Shown here: positions 25,175-40,130 of the stretch, in pieces
Position numbering within the stretch: position 1 is the stretch's first letter
Layout of the letters: each line of letters starts with the position of its first letter
NCBI GenBank assembly: GCA_964187785.1
Contig: OZ076409.1
Location: forward strand, 56,980,001-57,044,000
Source of the DNA: Amphiscolops sp. MND2022
Lineage: Eukaryota
Direction: 5' to 3'
DNA: 64,000 nucleotides
The notes under the pieces: model-generated
Seen by the model: the letters and a program-made list of their open reading frames with translations, nothing else
Databases searched by the model: none
Told to the model about the DNA's origin: nothing
Made by a program: the position numbers and the translations under genes

Positions 25175-28100
25175 CACGGTAGGCGCATTTTGTTAAGTTT
25201 GTGTTTTTTATTTGCAGTTTCAATCTGCCACCGAGATCAATTTTCAAATTCAATTTCATTCGAAAAAGATCATCGTTATCGTTCGATCTCAGATCCTTCT
25301 ACAAATATGCCATCTGCAGTGAACGTGCAACAGCCGGTTTTTAGTGAACGCGATTAATTTCAATGAATACGACGACATTCACGCCTCCCGGAATATTGAG
25401 GTAGGCCATTATTTTGAAGTAATTTTCTGATACTGTTACTTTTAATTTGTTACGGAGTAGAGGGTATTTCTCTGTTTTTCTCTGTATGTCAAATATTTCC
25501 AATTGAAATATGAAGAGAAAAACTCATCGATTTAAATCACCTTCCGTTTAGAACGTCTTTCGGCACGTACCGAGAGACAGGGCCATTAAAAAAGAAACAC
25601 GACGATTCATCAGTAATTCCAACATAATATCAGTCGGCGGCATTTTCAAGTTCCTTTTCCCATTTTTTACGGCGGGGACAAAACGCAAAAATTACCTGAT
25701 ACATACAATTCGATGAAAATTTTCGACGAAGCTAATTGGTTAATTGATTCTTTGTTCTGCTCTTAATTTTTCGCGAAAAAGGTTAACTTAAGTACCATGA
25801 AATGTAATCATATTAATCGAACTTATAGGAAGCAACTGAATTCATGAAACTAAAAGCTGTAAACGAACTTGAAAATATTCCTGCTAGAATTTGATTGAGC
25901 CGATTGTGTCCAAAAGCGCCCCTGGAATTCCATTCAAAATCGTTTTTGAAGTTTGTTTTGAACTATTCAAGATTTTTGCTGAAAAATAAAACTGGTACTT
26001 CAGACAATTTTTGAGTTTCATGAACTCATGGCGTGAATGAATAAATGCAGCACGAAGAAGTCCTAATGGCTAATTCATCCCAAAAATATCATTTCACAAA
26101 TGGCAAATGAACAATTCATTGCTCCATGTGGCATTTTTGGACGCCCATAAAAATGACGTGAATAAAGCTCAGCAGGCCGAATAGTTTCAATAGCTTCCAA
26201 AATATCAAAGTATCAATTTTGAAGAGCAAAAATGAAATCACTGAACTCAACTTGAACAGTTGGTTTTTAATACCACACCTCTCACGCCACAACAGCAGAA
26301 CATAAACAATGTCAACCTTTTTTTAATAATGAAACTGTTTGTTTCATTTCAAGTGAATATGATGCTATGATCCGTAGGCAAAAAAACTTAATCAAGTAGA
26401 GGATCAGCTACTCTTGTCTATACCAAGTCGTAAGCACCAAAAGTTTTGGTTAAAAAACATTTCAATCGTAGCGTACGTTCAACTGCTTATGAATGGTATG
26501 ATTTGATATCGACATTATGGTAATTATTATGGTAACAATGTTAACAGTGTTAACAGATACTTATATAATATGAGCTAAGTAATCTCTATTCCTTGGCTAC
26601 CACAATGTGTCGACGGGCAAATGACTGGAATCATTAAATCTCATTACTGAGTCTTCGAATTCTGAAACCTACCCCGAGAGTTTTCATTACGACTCCCTAA
26701 AAACTCACTTGAACACCGACCAAAAATTTTGACCCAAGTTCTCACAGTTTTTCTATTTAGGGAATGTTGCTTTAAAACATAGCATTGACTGTTTTTCTTC
26801 TATTGATTCGATAAGTGAAACGTTTTCCCAGGTTCTTTTCATTTACACAATTTTGTGCGGGTTATTATGAGTCAAGTATTGACGTGAATGTTTTTCAAAC
26901 AATTAAAAACCTAAATTTTGCGTAAAACAAACAACTTTATACCTTAGCAATTATGCAGGCTATTTCTGTCGATAAAACCTCACTTTAACAATTGTTTCAA
27001 AGACGAAACAGTTTACGATATGTTTGTAACGCGGTTGATGTCAGTTTTATTGACATACGAACCTATTTCGCAAAACATGTTTCTTGGTAGGTGGTGCAAA
27101 CTAATTCAATTCAATATTCAATCAAAGCCATTTGTTTGATCGGTTGCTGGAAGTGAAAACCAACTTAACTTGTAAATTGTTTTCTAGAAGATCTTGATGT
27201 AAACAACCCATTATACTGCAAAAGACATGAATTAACTCGGGTTGTGTATTGACGTGGCAAGTTACTAAAAGTTGTTGTTAAACGTTTGGCTGCGTTTGAC
27301 TGTTCGACATGCTACAATTCAGTAATTTGAATTGACGAAATTTCTCTGCTCGATTAGATTCAATTCAATACTTTCTAGATTATCCGGAGTTTTTGATTGA
27401 AAGCAAAGCGTATAATGCTTGAATGAGCTTCGCGGGCATGAGAAAAAGTAATTCCATTATTCAATACAAACAATAATTTCATGACTTGTTTTGCTAACGC
27501 TAGTTTTTGTTAGATCAATAAAAAGTAAACGAATCAGTAAAGGTATCAGTAGTTGAGCTAACGTTAGTCGGCATTTGCTTCTACGTGAACTACGTGATCA
27601 TTACTTATCCCCTATTCAAAATTTCTCAAGAATTTTTATGTCTTTATGCAGTTTGTTTGCCTTTGTTTTTAGTCGACCCTTTATTGAAAATAAAAACCGT
27701 AACTATTATGGTGGTTTTTCGTGTTTTTTTTTCAATCCATACGAAGTGACCAACACAATTCTTCAAAATTTGAACAAAATCTTGAAATTTACCATTTGGC
27801 TGATTGAACTGAACCAAATTATTTTTCTGATATGAACAGAATATTGCCCTACATCAAAATTTGTGGCGTTGTATCTGAACTACGGAGCATTTTACTAAAG
27901 AGGAAGTGGACATTCGAAAAAGCACTACCATTGGTCCGAGTACGATATATCCGAACATTTGTCGTTAATACCCGAGAGACAGTCCGTTCTACTACATAGG
28001 AAGCGGAGGCTCGGAACTATAGAACAAAATCCCAATTTTGACGTTATATCCGAAATAAACTTCGCTGTAAAAAGGACGAGGCGGAGGTGTCATATGAGCA

Positions 28101-28509
28101 TGATGAAAAAAGATCAAATTGATATTTATTATGTACTATTTGTGTCATATATAAATGGTACATATAGAACGGTCATATAGAATGTTACTTATCTAAGGGC
28201 AACATGAAGACATATAACAAGATAGATGGTTGTAAGCAACTCTATCATATTCAATTAAATTCACCATTTCCCCTGAATCTGAGTAATGTGTCTATTCAAT
28301 AATGAGCCTCCAGAGTCAAAACTATGCATTAAACGTTTCCAAAAATGGAGAAAATCCAAGCAGAAATCCAGTCACGAAAAGAGGAGAACAAAAATAAACA
28401 AGACGCCCGCTAAGCACCGGGATATTTTCCTCCCTTTTCGCTTTCATCACTTGAGCCATAGCTATTTTGGGAGGAGAATAGGATCTAAATAATAAGATAT
28501 AAAATTTAG

Positions 28510-28610
28510 TGATTTTAGATCTTATTCCCTTTAGATCTTATTCCCGTCCTAAAATTTTATATCTTATTCCCTTTAGATCTTAATCCCATTTTTACTTTAG
28601 ATATTATTCC
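28510..28610. repeat. Short tandem repeat, unit ~TTTAGATCTTATTCCC
   Basis: About 5 imperfect copies; related degenerate units at ~34845-34925. Confidence 0.7.
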
Positions 28611-29192
28611 CATTCCAGTATGAAGGATGAAGGCTGAGCAGGGAGACTGAGTAAGTGGAGTGGAGTTGTACAAAGTGGAGTTTTGGCAGAATTTGGAAAA
28701 AAAAACGCAACACAGATGATGATTTTCCTCCCCATTGAAAATGTGGGTCGGAAAATGATAAATGAAAGTTGGAAAAACAATGACAGAAAGATCGAAACTG
28801 TAACACGACAGCCAGCTAAGCCTCAAGGACTGTCCTGATTCGATTTCTATATCTCGTCCGTTTCACATCGCTTAGGCAATGAAGATCAGCTATGAATGAG
28901 AGGACGATGTAAAAAAAACAGAACTTAATTTAGTTGCAGGCGAGTATCAAGTGTTCATCGTTTTCCCATCGATGAATCAGAGAGATGATAAAAAGATGAA
29001 ATTCATCCATCGTTTTCGCATCGGTTCACGAGTATCGATTGACACTTACACGGAATATGCGAAAACGATGAGTAAACGATGAAGTTTTTTTTAATCACGT
29101 CTCCCACTCATAGGATTTCATAACTTTAAAATCGCCATTTTGAATTCCCTATATTACACGTCCTTCGCTCGAAGTGACCAATCAGTTTCATG

Positions 29193-29800
29193 TTTTTTAG
29201 TCGGCGCTTTATCTTTTTAAGGAAAAATGCCCGACTATAGCCGAGACCTTCTTTTCCTCACACTGATCGGTCCAATTTACAGAAACAATCCTGAAACCAC
29301 CTAAGGCGCCAAGTCCGGCCAAGGGGCCAAGGCAAACTTAGTGCAAAGGGTCGCCCTTTCGTTTTTTACTTTTTCAAGGTAACCTACAAAAACGGACCGG
29401 ACTAAAGAGTCCCCCCTTTCGATTTTTTCGGCACTGTGCGACTTTTTTTCAAAAAAATTTCTGTCTCCAAAGGGTCCCTCCTTTCGTTTTTTACTTTTTT
29501 AACGTAACCCTCAAAACCGGCCGAGACTAAAGGGTCCACCCTTTTAATTATTTTTCGGAATGGTGCGACTTTTTTTCGAAAAGTTTTGAATGTCCCCAAA
29601 GGGTCCCCCCTTTGAGTTTTTTGTTATTTTGCAACAGAATGCATGTTTATAAATCAAAAAGGGTGCCCTTTCTACATTTTTCGGCACTGTGCGACATTTT
29701 CCGAAAGAAAAAAATTTTCGAAAATTTCAAGTTTTTTCCCTGAAAAATGTTTTGCGCTTTTTCAGCCTTATATATAGACTTTAGACGTTCTCGTCTTGTT
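29193..29800 (+). mobile_element. HINE/DINE-1-like Helentron copy with internal duplication
   Basis: Same termini as 22963-23466; internal module duplicated; part of the 3' subTIR deleted. Confidence 0.85.
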
Positions 29801-30634
29801 AGTAATTCAACATAGTTACATTTAATGTTCATGTGAATCAATTCACTGATAAATTTGGCGCGTGAGCATGCTTGGTAGCTTTTTGGCGACGATGCTGGTA
29901 GAAGTCACGTGACCAAACAAAAGTATCGCCAACGTTGGGGAGATTATGACAGCGCTGACTGGTCGGAATTGCGTCTTAGCATCCGCTGACGCATCGCAAA
30001 GAACCATACCATCCCAAGTACCACTAACACATTCTGTAACCTGGCGTTCACTAGCCATTATTATCGCGCATCATTCCGACACTTCGTAAACTGCAATGTT
30101 TATTTTTGTTTGCCTTTAACAAGTCAATGAAGTTTACTGATTGGCCATCCTCAAACTACAATGAACTTCTTGTCGTAAAAAATCCATCCTTTTTTCATCG
30201 AATGAGCAATCAGCAATCCTTCCCCTATACAGCTTAGAAACAGGAAAACATATAGTTTCGGAAAGTCAATTACCAGATTAGAAGTTACAAATAATACCCA
30301 AGTTAGCAGTATTGACACAACATGAAAGTTTGGAAACCAGGTAACTGGAGTCCTTTCACAGTCGCCTTCACTAACACACAAAACTCAGAGCGAAAACGAA
30401 GGTAGATTTAGAAAGCTCCCAGAGGAACTTTTTCCCTGGAAGGACTTGATGGAGAACGTGATTGAGCAACACAGGGACAGGTCCGGGTAGCGAGGGCGCT
30501 GCAAGCTCGTCATTGTTTCTCGTGCACAGCTGTCTGACAGGAGGTTCGAAAATCTTGCGCTTTATACATACTTTTGACGTTATATCCGAAGTAAATTACG
30601 TTTCACTAAGGACACAGCAGTGCGCTATGTCCAA

Positions 30635-31257
30635 ATTTTTGTCGTTCTATTCTAAGTATAGTGCGTTTTGCAAGGCACGAGAGACCGAAGTTTGTATCTT
30701 TTCTTTTTGCGGCTCTTTGCGTCTTTTTTTTCGGAAGTTTTATTTGACGGAAGTGCCCCATTTGTTTTTAGCAGGAACCCCCCTCCCATTTTTCGAGCAT
30801 AGGTTGCAGATTTGGATTTTTTCAGAAATGAAAATTCAGATATGTTTTTTGAAACATTTTAAAACTTTATTTAGTTTTCATTGGTTATTTTCTGTGAGGA
30901 AAACTCTTTCCGATTCCTAAGTGTGAGTTCATGGAATTATTTTTGGTCCTGTGGAACTGACGAGCGTTTTCTCAATAACTGTGGAAAAGACCTTTGGTAT
31001 TTTTCGGCAATGTGCAACTGTTCTTAGGAAAGAGTTTTCGTTTCGTCAAAGTGTACCCCCTTCACGTTCATGAATGTTTTCGGCCTGGGAAATGCTCAAA
31101 GCTCCATTTTCGGCACTATGAGAGTTTCTTCCAGTCTTATGCGCATGGATTCGGGTGTTTTTTGGCCCTGTGAATTTGATAAAATTTTAACAATAGTGTC
31201 CTTTGCATATTTGAGGAACTTGTATCTTTTCAAGTTTGAGCGGGCGCCCGACTTGTT
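30635..31257 (+). mobile_element. Degenerate HINE-like copy
   Basis: TTTTCGGCACTATG-type internal motifs and GGCGCCCGACTTGTT terminus; left boundary approximate. Confidence 0.45.
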
Positions 31258-34200
31258 AAATGATATGTTTCAGAAGTTTCATTAGCGTTTTTTAATAGCC
31301 CTAATAGTAACTTTCTAGATAGTTTTCCTGACCTGCAGGGTCTCTCAATTTTCCATGTTTGTTAAAGGATAGTCTGCATATTTCCATACAGCATGTAAAA
31401 AGCCATAATGACGACTAGGATTGTTATAACTTCTATTCCGGCAAACCACAGATTTAAAAAACTCTCTCTTTTTGAGGGAAGTTTTTCTCATTACTAATTT
31501 AGATTATTATTGGGTTGTTTGGACCCCAGTAAACAAGCATTACGTAAAAATGACCGAGCTTAATGGCCATGATTTCTGCAAAACCTTTCCAGCCAATTTT
31601 TCAGATTCCATCCAATTGTGGTTTCAAAACATAAGTTAACCTGACTTTTTTGGGCTTTTTAAACACATGTACTTGAAAAGAGGTCATGATTAAGTTGTTT
31701 AGCTATCTTTGCAAAATATCTGTTGAAATCAGTAGTTTACTTTTAATGCGTAATCAACAGTTCTCAAAATTTATATTGAAAATGGGAATCAATTTAAGTC
31801 CGGGACAACAGAGGAAAAAGTAAAATTACAAATTCAAACTATAAAAATTAACAATCAATTTCTATAGAATTTCATCTTCAAAACATCTTCAATTTCTAGT
31901 ACATTATTCCACAATTCGGAACTTCACTTGACATGTTTGAAATGGTCATAAATTTTGAGAAAAAAAAGAACTTATAAGGTATTCTGCCAGTTGACCAAAA
32001 AGGACTATCCATCTGTCTACCAACAGCGTTTTCATAACATTTGCTATGGTATTTCATTGGACATTTAAAAAAATGTTCATAGCTGCATTTCACAACCTTT
32101 CAGCCACTTTTGGCGCATATTTCTTTATCAATACCGACAGACCGTCTTAAAAAGTTAAGTTTCAAAATTCATGGATTTCTTTTTTTCGGGTCTGCTCTAT
32201 TTCGATCAGTTTAAAATGACATTTTACTTGACGTGAAAATATAACAGATATGCCAAAATACTCTAGGCTGCGTCTTAAATTGATGAAAATTCAAATCATG
32301 ATTTGTTTTGATTCTACCCCCTCTAAGAACCAAACGGTATTTTCAAAATAATTACGAAAAAGTTGCAAATCGAGATTTCTTGACTATTAAGATCTAAAGC
32401 TTCTTGCGTGGTGCATGATCACGTGATTCACATGATCCATGCTCTCATGCACGTTAACATGTGATTTTTAGAATCAGTTACCATTAAGTAGTCTCAAAGT
32501 TTTTTAAGTAATACTCAACTTTTTCGCAACAGGATCAGTACAAGATGAGGACAATTTTGATTGAAAGCTGCCTCCTAAAATCAATAATTTATTCATTTCA
32601 ATTACCAATTTGTACATACGAAAGCAATTAGTTTTAGGCGCTGTATTTCTCTACCGATTTGGAAACAAAAATCAAAACTCTTCAGTCAATTCAAAGTAGG
32701 GGAGGGGTTCCTTAGGTTAGCTCATACATATTCAATAGGTTGGAGGCGACATGAACAGACTGACTTCAGAATATTATTTCACGCACTGTTAAAAAAGTGT
32801 GGGGGAGAAGTTCAAGCGACAATTTTTCTGTTTTCATTTGTTACTTCACACTTTCAAGACTTCGGACGGCTGTCAAAAATAACAGAAATAATGTATGTCA
32901 AAATTCGTAACCAATGCATTTATCATTCGTGAGGATGAGGAAGACGAAAGTCAGAGGTTGAAGTTTCAACGATCTTAATGCTTAAAGCTTGTTAACTTTC
33001 GAAAATTTGGATTTCTACAATCTTGTATCAAGCTTTCTGCACCATTGTTGATGTTTCAGACCAACTGACTCCCGCAAATCATGCGTCATGTTTAATTTTT
33101 TTTTGTTTTTTTCCAAGTGTTCATTTTAAATATATCATTTCAAGTACAAAACAGTCAACAACTGTTACTTAATTGTCACCAGCGGCAAAATTCAAAGTTA
33201 ACAAAGAGCCAAGTAGTACTTTGAAGTATTCGGCATGCCTGGAAGTATGTTCAGAAAAACAAAGATATTCAATGATAAAATTTCTTGATTATCATAAAAT
33301 TCAACTCATGTCCGATCATATTTAGAAGAGGAATGAGGTCAATAGCAGAGACATAGTCCTGCCTACTTGAGCATTCAGTTTCTGATCTCAATGAAATTGA
33401 AAATACAGTTCCATTGATGGTAGATTTTTTGATAACCAATTGAATTTCGAAAGAAAAGTTTATGATTTTTGTTCGGTTTGTCTAGATCATGATAGGAATT
33501 ATTGATTAATTGAAAATTTGGAATCAAAATTTTTAACCTCCTTCACCAATTACTTCACAGCACTTCAAACAATCTCTTTAGGGGTTAATATGCTAATAGT
33601 AGCTCTCAAATTCCTCAAATAGTAATTCAATTACTTTTCCGAAACTTATCTCAGTTGATACTTATTTGAGACTTGTGAGCGCATATATCTCCAATAAATT
33701 GCAAAAAGCAACAGTATCTTTCAAAAACAGAGACCAATATAGCATTCTAATTTTCTGGTCTTTCTTTTGAGAACAAATTTCAAAGAAAAACTTCAATGTA
33801 AATTACTGGAGCCTGCTTACGAAAATCTTCTACAATAATCATAAAGCGACTTCTTGAAGATTAGTTATAATCTTTTTCTTTTGATTGAACTTTTGTTATG
33901 ATTGATAATTTGCTGAACTGAAAAAGATTTTTTTCTTACAAATTGTATCAGGTGCATCATCTTTTCTAAAGTGCAATAGAATGATGAGAAGAACTTTCAA
34001 GCCTGCATAGATTTAAAATGAAGCTTGCCTGATTTTCGATGTATAATATAAAATTAGTTTGCATGCTGCCATGCAATATGCAAAAAATTCCTAATTTCAA
34101 CTAAGGAAGTCTTAAGTAGCTACATCGGCGGCTCGAACCCAAAGGAAGAAATTATTTAATTTCAATAGGCGCAGTATTTACACACCGATATGTTTTATTC

Positions 34201-34545
34201 TTTCTGTCGAGCTTTCAGTCGGAGCTAGATGAAATGATGCCTGCCGGCCGACTATTACAGTGGTTTTTCGTGGTTTTCTCGGTGTCACCAAAAAAGTTAT
34301 GCAAAAGTTATTTTTGCCCAAAATTTGAATAGGGTTAAAAAAGATTCCAAGATTTGCAAACTATTTATTTCAATAACAAAATTTTATGCCGAAGAAGGTC
34401 TGGGAAAGGGAACATTTAGTTAATTCAATGATGAATTAAAATCAAATTTCAAATCAAACATATCAGAATACCATTCAAATGGGGCCTTTTGTTTTAGAAA
34501 ATTGAGATGCTTTTGATACAAAAATCTATAATTGTCTCGTTGCTG

Positions 34546-35782
34546 CCCTAGTTGAAAAAATTCACATCTTTTGCAAAATTGCAAAAAACTCTTGTAAAAA
34601 AATGCATTATTTGACACTAACTCTTACAAGATTCTTGCAAAATTTGCGATTTTTAGCTAAAAATGATACAAAAAATGCATAAATCTTACAAAACTCTCAC
34701 AAAATTTGCATTGTTCCACTAAAGGAAATTCTGAAAAAAGTCGTTCCTAATCAGAAAAATTTATGCGAGCGATGAATGATACCATTTCCAAATTCTCAGC
34801 CTTAGCTTTTCGCAGCAAAAGGATCCTATATCTCTCTCAAAAAAGTGATTTAGACGTTATTCCCGTGAAATACAGTGTTTTTGGACCTTATTTTACCAAA
34901 ATACGGTGATTTTAGACGCTATTCTATTGAACAATTTCTTGTTTCTCAAACTGTTTCTCGCTCAAACCATTTCTCTAACACGGCTGCAAAAGAGGAGAAT
35001 ACAATTAAAAATCCCAAATAAAATTATGTTAAAGACAATTAAAAATACCAAATAAAAATATGTAAAACACCAAAAATCAAAATTAAAAGAACAGAGAATT
35101 GAACACCATTGAGATTATAAGAAAAAAACGCGAGGAAGATCATAGATTGGGGTGAGAAAATTATGTTGAATCAGTTTAAGGATCCAGAAAAAACGAATCA
35201 ACATCTCATTAACTTCACATTCTTGCGTCGTCGCTTGCCAATTGAGAAGTTGCCGACTCTGACAGGGCTCTGACAAAAATTTAAAATATAGACCATTTCC
35301 ATCTAAAATTTACGACCATATTCCAAATTTGGACCATTTTTATCTAAAATTTACGATAATATTCCAAATTTGGACCATTTTCATCTAAAATTTATGACAA
35401 TCTAACCCAAAATCCTACCTACAAGCGGCTTCGGGAAACGCGGTGCCGAAAAGCGTCCTTGATGCCACGCGGGTCATTAAGAAAACCCTGTTATAGATAC
35501 AGACTTTCAATTCAAATGTTATTCAAAAAAGACACAAAATGGGTCCAGAAAATTTTGAACGAATGTTTGGTCGAAATAACACATCGCATTTTTTGTAAGA
35601 ATTTCTTACAAATAGATACAAATTTTGCAAACATTTTATCAGACTCTTGTAAGAAATGTTCAACGCTGTAACAAACTTGCAAAATTTGCAATTTTTGTAC
35701 AAACTCGTAAGATTCTTGTAAGAAAAAACTGGTAAGAATTTAGGACGAATTTTGCAAAATTTGTTATTCTGAAAAACTAGGG
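34546..35782. mobile_element. Region bounded by CCCTAGTT/AACTAGGG termini with CTTGCAAGA-like subterminal repeats (MITE with nested inserts, or two half copies)
   Basis: Inverted termini at 34546 and 35782; small relative at 41634-41743. Confidence 0.5.
35291..35401. repeat. 41-bp tandem repeat, ~2.7 copies
   Basis: GACCATTT..ATCTAAAATTTA.GA starts at 35291, 35332 and 35373. Confidence 0.9.
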
Positions 35783-36642
35783 TGCCCACTACTACAGATA
35801 ATTTCAAAATATTTCTGCATGTGCTTGAAATTGATGTGATGAAAGAAGCGTAACATTTTCTAGAATGAAACTACTCCTTTTTTATGAGCCAATTATAGTA
35901 TTTTCGCTAAGTATTCGAACCTTCGCCTTAGTGATGGTTCGACTGTACAAAGTAAGAAGGTCAATTTGTCAGACTTTGGATAAAACAAGCCCAAAGCATA
36001 TTCGAAATATTTCGCGCGTTGCGAACGCCATCTTGTGCCACTGCCGGTCTTTTGGTCAGTCAGGGCAAAACTAAGGTTTACAGGCCAAAGCATTTCATCC
36101 ACGAAAAGCCATGAAATCGGAACGATGTCCATGATGCCATGGATGAAAAGCCATGATGCCATGGATGATCATGGATGAAACGCATTAAAGGGCCCTAACT
36201 TTCATTCACTTCGATAAATGATGAGCTCAAACACCACTAAAAGAGAGGATTGGCGAACTGAAATCAGTTGTTCAACGGTTACCATATATTTTGTCGTAGG
36301 AAATTTCGTCGTCGAGACTTTTGTCATCAGAATTTTTGTAGTAGGTGATTCCGTTGTATTAAACTTTGTAGCATTTTAGCTCACCTACGTTTACACATAG
36401 TTATCGTTAATTGTGCGATAATTGCAATAATCGAATACTCGAAATTATGGGTTCGGGGAACGTTTTTTTGGAAAAACTTCAAATACTCAAAGAAAATTTT
36501 CCATTTTCACAGAAAATTCAACACGTTACTTCTTCGCAATTTCAAACCTCTTGTAAAACTTTTAATCGAATATTTGAATGTATGTTGGTAAAAAAGTTCA
36601 GGACTAAAAAAACAACCCTTAACTCAATAAGCGTAAAGCGTA

Positions 36643-37055
36643 TATTTACAAATTGACATATCGTTTTTTCTAGACGTGGCACTGGGCGGTTGAACTTTTC
36701 GTGAGAGATTTCCTCGTATTAGCAAATCCAGAAACTTCGTTGTCAGAAATTGCATCATATTGAGCGTTCAGGAAAAGTAACTAATTCAGTTATTCACCTA
36801 TTTATTCAATAAACTGAGATTTTAAGAACAAGCTCCTTTTTGACACCTTTTCTAGGGCAAGAAATTATCAACTCATTGATATATCAGTATAATAACTCAG
36901 TATAATAACTGAATTAGTAACTTTTCCTGAACGCCCAATATGACGCAATTTCTAACAACGAAGTTTCTGGATTTGCTAATACGAGGAAATCTCTCACGAA
37001 AAGTTCAACCGCCCAGTGCCACGTCTAGAAAAAACGATATGTCAATTTGTAAATA
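36643..37055. repeat. Near-perfect foldback (152-bp arms, ~109-bp loop)
   Basis: 36643-36794 is the reverse complement of 36904-37055 with about 4 mismatches. Confidence 0.95.
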
Positions 37056-37289
37056 ATCATGGTTTTTTATAACTACAAAGTTCTGAATCTCATTGACTTC
37101 AAATCACTTTTAGAAAGTTTGCCAGATTCTAGAGCCATGATCATGAATGATCATCCATGATTCAAATAAAATGGAGATCACTATGGACCAAAACCCATAG
37201 TCGAGATTGTTTGAACTTTTTACATGGTGCATGGAAACATCCATTTTTTTTGCAAAACATGGAAATTTTCACCATGGAAACAAATCCAT

Positions 37290-37748
37290 GGAAATTTTTA
37301 CAAAACATGGAAAATTCCGGGGGCTTGCGTGGAAACACTTTGTAGGATTACAATGAAGCTTCCACTATTTGAATTGAAACTGAAAACAATCCAACTTCTT
37401 CATTGCCGCGATCATTTGTTTTCACGCGTAAGTTTCTCAAAGCAAGTACCTTATGTAATCACCTTTAGTCGAATAGCACGCTGAATATGACGCTACTTTG
37501 AAACTTATAATGTTACTGAAGTTTATTTGCATTGAAATCGCGGTAAAATTATTGAGGTCACAGCTGCTTTCAAAATAAAAATGGAATTATAATGAAACCT
37601 GCGAAGCTGCATTTTATAGGCAGCTTGATAAAATTAAATTGAATCAGCGAAGTTTTAATCAGTTTCTCTGAGAATTTTCTACAGTCATGGAAAATTAGCT
37701 TGGTAACCTACAAAAGCATGTTAAAAGTTCAAGCAGTTCCAACCAGGG
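37290..37748. mobile_element. Dispersed non-autonomous DNA-transposon-like repeat ending AACCAGGG
   Basis: Inverted diverged copy at 51620-52100; more decayed partial copy at ~38240-38425. Confidence 0.65.
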
Positions 37749-38879
37749 AAGCCACGATTCAAATGTAATGCCGAAGAAAACCATGATAATGGATGAAAAG
37801 CCGAGAATGAGTTATGGTGGTCAATTTGGGTAAGGCCAAAACAGTTATTCCAGATTTTCAATAAAATGGAATCAAAGACCACTTTAGAAGTTACAAAACA
37901 AGGATTCGAAGCAAATTTTTTGCTGGTTCAATCCGCTGATGAACGGTTTTTTTGTGAGTGTGACCTTAGTGGAGAAGGTACTAGTGATTAATGTTGAACA
38001 AAACATTTTCCAATACTGCAAATAAATTTCAAGTCAAATCCTATTCATTACCGACAGAATCACTTGGTTTTCACACTTTGTTTTCTCAACTAGTCATCTA
38101 ATGTGATCACCGGTTCCCAACTAGGACGCTAAACATGCTGCTAATTTGCAGTTTATTACGCGACTTGTGCCTTGAAATAGCGTTAAAACTGATAGCAATT
38201 TAGTTGGGTATAAAATTAGAACTGTTTCTTAATAAAAGCTGCAAAACTCCAAGGCTTTAAATTGCCGCCAAAACTTTGATGAATCTTTCAAGCAGCTTGA
38301 TAAAAGCCGAATACAACAGGGAAATATTTTCGCATGAAAGTTTCCTTTACAGTTTTGGAAAAGCATATTAAAAGTTGCTGGCAACATTAAAGTGCATGCA
38401 AAAAGTTGAAGCAATTTCAACAAGGGAGTGGTTAGAGCGCGAGTTCATAGGAAAAGAGTTGTGCATTCCAACTTGGTCTGTGCCTCTAATATTCCATATA
38501 TACATTTCTGACATAGCTTCGATCTTTACATATTTTTGACTTTCAGGGTGGGGCACCAGCTTACACCTTTTACGTCTTCTTTTCTCTACTATGTACTTCA
38601 CTAAAGAAAGAACAAAGTTTTCTTCTCTAATATAGTTGTTGCCTGAATGTGACATTTACTACATCTAAATCAACAAGATCTAATTAGACCTCTGATACAG
38701 ACAAGCTGGAAGCATGAAAGATTATGACTGGAAACATTGTAGACAATAAAATGGTTTTTAGTGAAGAACTGATTTTTCCTTATTTCGAAACATAGCATGA
38801 TAAGTATGACACCAATCTTGCGAAAGTTTGAAGTAGAAAATGACGTCGAAAAAACTCATGAACCCAAAATAATAAAGTC

Positions 38880-38900
38880 GAGAGAGAGAGGGAGAGAGAC

Positions 38901-38962
<62 letters not shown>
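38880..38962. repeat. (GA)n microsatellite
   Basis: Directly visible. Confidence 0.98.
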
Positions 38963-38965
<3 letters not shown>

Positions 38966-39507
38966 ATAGAAATCTTTATTCCATGTATTTTCTTATACAC
39001 AAATCACTTTTCTTTCCAGTAGTTAAATTAAACTAGAAGAATCTGCAAAACATTGCGCATAAAAATATATAATTTAAAACTTAAAAGTTTTCTATCAGAC
39101 GAGATCATGAAAGATGTTGCATGCATTCAGCATCAGGTGAAAATTATACTTTCCAGGGTGTAACCGTCGTGATGCAAAATGCATTAAAGGCAGCGGTTAT
39201 CACCAGGCTCTTAAAGTGGTAATTTAGAGCCATAAATAGTCTGGCATTCTGTTGCAAGGGGTCACAGACTTCAACGGATGACTTCTTTCAAGCTCGCTAT
39301 TTTTACAGTTAGATTAATTTGAAACCAAACGGAAAATGATTGATCATATCCAGGGTTAGTATTTCCTGTTTGATCTATTATGCGCAATCATGTACATAAA
39401 TCACATATGCATGAAAGTTACACTTTAAGATGAATTCAATAATCGGTCGAACCCAATTCGATGAAAAATTGTGACCAAAATGGTAACATATAAAAACTGA
39501 TTATTTC

Positions 39508-40130
39508 CAAATCCGGATCCAAATTTATGATGCTTCCATGCGATTCCATGCATGGAACCATATGATAAGGGTGATTTAATGCGTGGAACTATAGCCCCAT
39601 GCTTTCCATGCAATTCCATGTATGGAACCATATATATGGATTGTATGGAACCACAGGATTCCATGAATGACGTTATTCACGCCCCTATTCTTGTTTGATA
39701 AATTGATAAACACGAGAGACTGAGAGAAAATGTTGACGAAAGGACATTTTGACTCCACAAAGTTTTCCATTTTGGGTTTTGGATCTTTTTCCGTACTCTT
39801 TTTAAATTAAATATTTGGTTTTCTGACATCTGTGAACTTTGTTATCGACTTCATACAGCTTCGTGGATAGAACGTGAATGATTTTAGTTATGAAGCGATA
39901 TAATTTCGAGCTATTCCATATATGGAATCATACGGTTCCATACAATTCCATGTATGGAACCATATGGTTCCATGGGATTCCACATATGGAACCATATGGT
40001 TCCATACGAATATCATCATATGGTTTCATACGATTCCATGCATGGAAGCGACATGAAACTATTGTATTGAACCATATGGTTCCATGCATGGAATTGCATG
40101 GAATCCTTATAGATTAGGATCCGAGTTAGG
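39508..40130. mobile_element. MITE-like element with palindromic TTCCATATGGAA-type internal repeats
   Basis: Inverted ends GGATCC.AAT.TAT..ATTCCATGCATGGAACCATATG vs CATATGGTTCCATGCATGGAAT..ATAGATTAGGATCC; unrelated sequence at ~39670-39900. Confidence 0.55.

Noticed and set aside
21486..29841. Short K/F/G/P-rich ORFs similar to each other
   Set aside because: Translations of non-coding HINE copies
33170..33420. Minus-strand open frame containing SAID as a further PAC exon
   Set aside because: Only a 4-residue match and no convincing splice sites
38758..39036. ORFs with ER/SL dipeptide runs
   Set aside because: Artefacts of the (GA)n microsatellite
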